Source: an uncultured cyanobacterium
GTDB taxonomy: Bacteria > Cyanobacteriota > Cyanobacteriia > CAKZMO01
DNA length: 64,000 nt
Assembly: GCA_963719515.1 (NCBI GenBank)
Contig: CAVRCJ010000010.1
Coordinates: 1 to 64,000, forward strand
Direction: 5' to 3'
Made by a program: the position numbers and the translations under genes
Notes under the pieces: model-generated
What the model was told of the DNA's origin: nothing
The model's input: only the letters and a program-made list of their open reading frames with translations
Database searches by the model: none
Shown: in pieces, positions 62,285-64,000 of the stretch
Numbering within the stretch: position 1 is the first letter of the stretch
Layout of the letters: every line of letters starts with the position of its first letter

Positions 62285-63250
62285 CTACTGGAAACTCACG
62301 TTCTGGGAAAACTCTTCGGCGAACTCTGAAGCAACGATCATGCTGCCCACCCCAGCATCCGTCAAAATCTCTAGCAGCAGGGCATGGGGCACCCGACCAT
62401 CGATAATGTGAGTGGCTCGTACCCCTTGAGCAAGCGATCGCACGCAGCAGTTCACCTTCGGAATCATACCCCCAGCGACAACCCCCTCGTCTATGAGGTC
62501 GCGGGCCTGCTGAATGTTGAGCTTGGGCACCAGGCTATCCGGCTCGCTGCGATCGCGCAGAATACCGGGAATGTCGGTGAGCAAAATCAGCTTCTCAGCT
62601 CCTAGCGCCGCCGCTAGCTCTCCCGCCACGGTATCGGCGTTGATGTTGTAGGCTTGTCCGGTTTCATCCGCCGCAACGCTTGAGATGACTGGGATATAGC
62701 CTGCTGCCGACAGCGTCTCGACCACTTTTGGGTCCAAAACGTTGACCTCTCCCACAAAGCCAATGCCCTCGTTGCCCTGAGAGCGGGCGCGAATCAAGTT
62801 GCCGTCTTTACCGCTCAGACCAACTGCCGATCCGCCAGCCTGACTGATAAGCGTCACAATCTCCTTATTGACTCGGCCCACGAGCACCATCTCCACAACA
62901 TCCATGGTGGCGGCATTGGTAACCCGCAGACCGTTCTTGAACTGCGGCTCAATGCCCAGCTTTCCCAGCCAGGTATTGATTTCAGGGCCGCCGCCGTGCA
63001 CCAGCACCGGGCGCAGCCCCACGCAAGACAGAAACACCACATCTCGCATCACGTCTGCCTTGAGACGGCCATCTTTCATCGCTGCCCCACCGTACTTAAT
63101 GACAACGGTGCGGCCGGTAAATCGCTGGATGTAGGGCAGCGCTTCGCTCAGAACCTTAACGCGAGACGCGGCGGCAGCTTTGAAAGATTCGGTGTCAGTT
63201 GAAGTAGTACGCACTGGGCTAGAGGCAGCTAAAAGACTATTTCTCAGCAT
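62285..63250 (-). CDS. argB: Acetylglutamate kinase
   Basis: [35 protein letters not shown]. Confidence 0.97.
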   Translation of the reverse strand: MLRNSLLAASSPVRTTSTDTESFKAAAASRVKVLSEALPYIQRFTGRTVVIKYGGAAMKDGRLKADVMRDVVFLSCVGLRPVLVHGGGPEINTWLGKLGIEPQFKNGLRVTNAATMDVVEMVLVGRVNKEIVTLISQAGGSAVGLSGKDGNLIRARSQGNEGIGFVGEVNVLDPKVVETLSAAGYIPVISSVAADETGQAYNINADTVAGELAAALGAEKLILLTDIPGILRDRSEPDSLVPKLNIQQARDLIDEGVVAGGMIPKVNCCVRSLAQGVRATHIIDGRVPHALLLEILTDAGVGSMIVASEFAEEFSQNVSFQ

Positions 63251-63271
63251 ACCATCCCCACATTCGCAGCC

Positions 63272-63604
63272 CTATAGGATTCGCGTCAGGGCCGCGACCT
63301 TAGTGAGCTTGGCGGGTTCAAGTCCGGCTAGATCCTCGGCTGCAAGCCATCCCTCTTTCGTCAGTTTTGCCAAAACGAAAAGAACCTCTTCCTCTCTATC
63401 GTCATACTTACCGTCAATGTCAAAGCGGCGAGCGCTCAAAAAATCGTTCAGACGCCAAACGTCATTGAGCTGCTCAACTTGAGTCGCTTTTTCGCGCACC
63501 CACTGAACTAAGCCGTCGGTTTCTCGCTTACGCGCCGTCTGTAGGGCTGTTTTGACAATCTGTTGCTCCTGAACGGACCAGTGAGTTTTACTTACCTGCA
63601 TCAC
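63272..63604 (-). CDS. frp: Fluorescence recovery protein
   Basis: W.L.DFLSA.R..IDGKYD signature; directly downstream of ocp. Confidence 0.9.
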   Translation of the reverse strand: MMQVSKTHWSVQEQQIVKTALQTARKRETDGLVQWVREKATQVEQLNDVWRLNDFLSARRFDIDGKYDDREEEVLFVLAKLTKEGWLAAEDLAGLEPAKLTKVAALTRIL

Positions 63605-63688
63605 TAAATATTTGAATAACTTATGTGTATAACTTCAATATCCCTCAGTATCAGCTTTTTTGCAAAACTTTACACTCTCTCATAAACC

Positions 63689-63765
63689 GGACCGAAGCCT
63701 TGAAGAAGGCTTCGGTCCAGATTGGGACACCGATTGAGCGGAGCCGAAGCTGAATTAGCTTCGGC
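63689..63765 (-). terminator. Two stem-loops between ocp and frp
   Basis: GGACCGAAGCCTT-GAAG-AAGGCTTCGGTCC (63689-63718) and GCCGAAGCT-GAATT-AGCTTCGGC (63743-63765). Confidence 0.6.
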
Positions 63766-63775
63766 CACAGCGAGC

Positions 63776-64000
63776 CTATCGCATCAGATTCAGGAGCTCT
63801 TTGGGAGACGCGAGCAGGTCAATTGCCACAAAGAAAATTTTGCCGTCTGGGTTGAGCAAGAACCGCCAGGCAATATTCATCCCAACGCTCGCGCCAAACC
63901 AAGGGGTCTGAACCTTCCCGGTGACCTTAGTCTGAGTGAAGCCGTCGTCAGCGGGCTCAGTCACCCCGCGCTCAGGAATAAGATTTAGGTTCTGACACTC
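63776..64000 (-). CDS. ocp: Orange carotenoid protein, C-terminal end (partial)
   Basis: ECQNLNLIPERGVTEP...VTGKVQTPWFG..VGMNIAWRFLLNP.GKIFFVAIDLLASPKELLNL. Confidence 0.95.
   Translation of the reverse strand, partial: ECQNLNLIPERGVTEPADDGFTQTKVTGKVQTPWFGASVGMNIAWRFLLNPDGKIFFVAIDLLASPKELLNLMR

Overview
Chromosomal segment of a GC-rich filamentous-type cyanobacterium; HIP1 GCGATCGC is very frequent. It is mostly housekeeping and photosynthesis-related: a partial CHASE2-Ser/Thr kinase, pdxJ, ycf54, tex, pstSCAB, the ndhF3-ndhD3-cupA-cupS CO2-uptake operon with an NdhR box, lysC, cobB/cbiA, a P450, lipB, an RTX protein, TetR-devBCA, ftsI, ycf39, split pntAB, a carotenoid oxygenase, glsA, argB, frp and the 3' end of ocp. 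The standout is a four-gene accessory operon at 12.5-19.4 kb. It encodes a small Bell/HeLo-like helical protein, an inactive-STAND protein, a MoxR AAA+ ATPase, and a membrane vWA-like protein with 15 highly similar WD40 repeats. The C-terminus of the first protein and the N-terminus of the second share a 25-aa Q/N/G-rich motif (15/25 identical). This suggests amyloid-type homotypic signalling wired into a MoxR-vWA ternary conflict system rather than into an NLR. Other non-coding signals are two near-identical 392-bp non-autonomous IS200/IS605 elements (likely omegaRNA-bearing), a helically phased DnaA-box array, a three-copy ~105-bp structured repeat with covarying stems, a gene with a long RBS-sequestering structured leader, and REP-like palindrome clusters. 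All calls were made by eye from motifs; no database searches were run.
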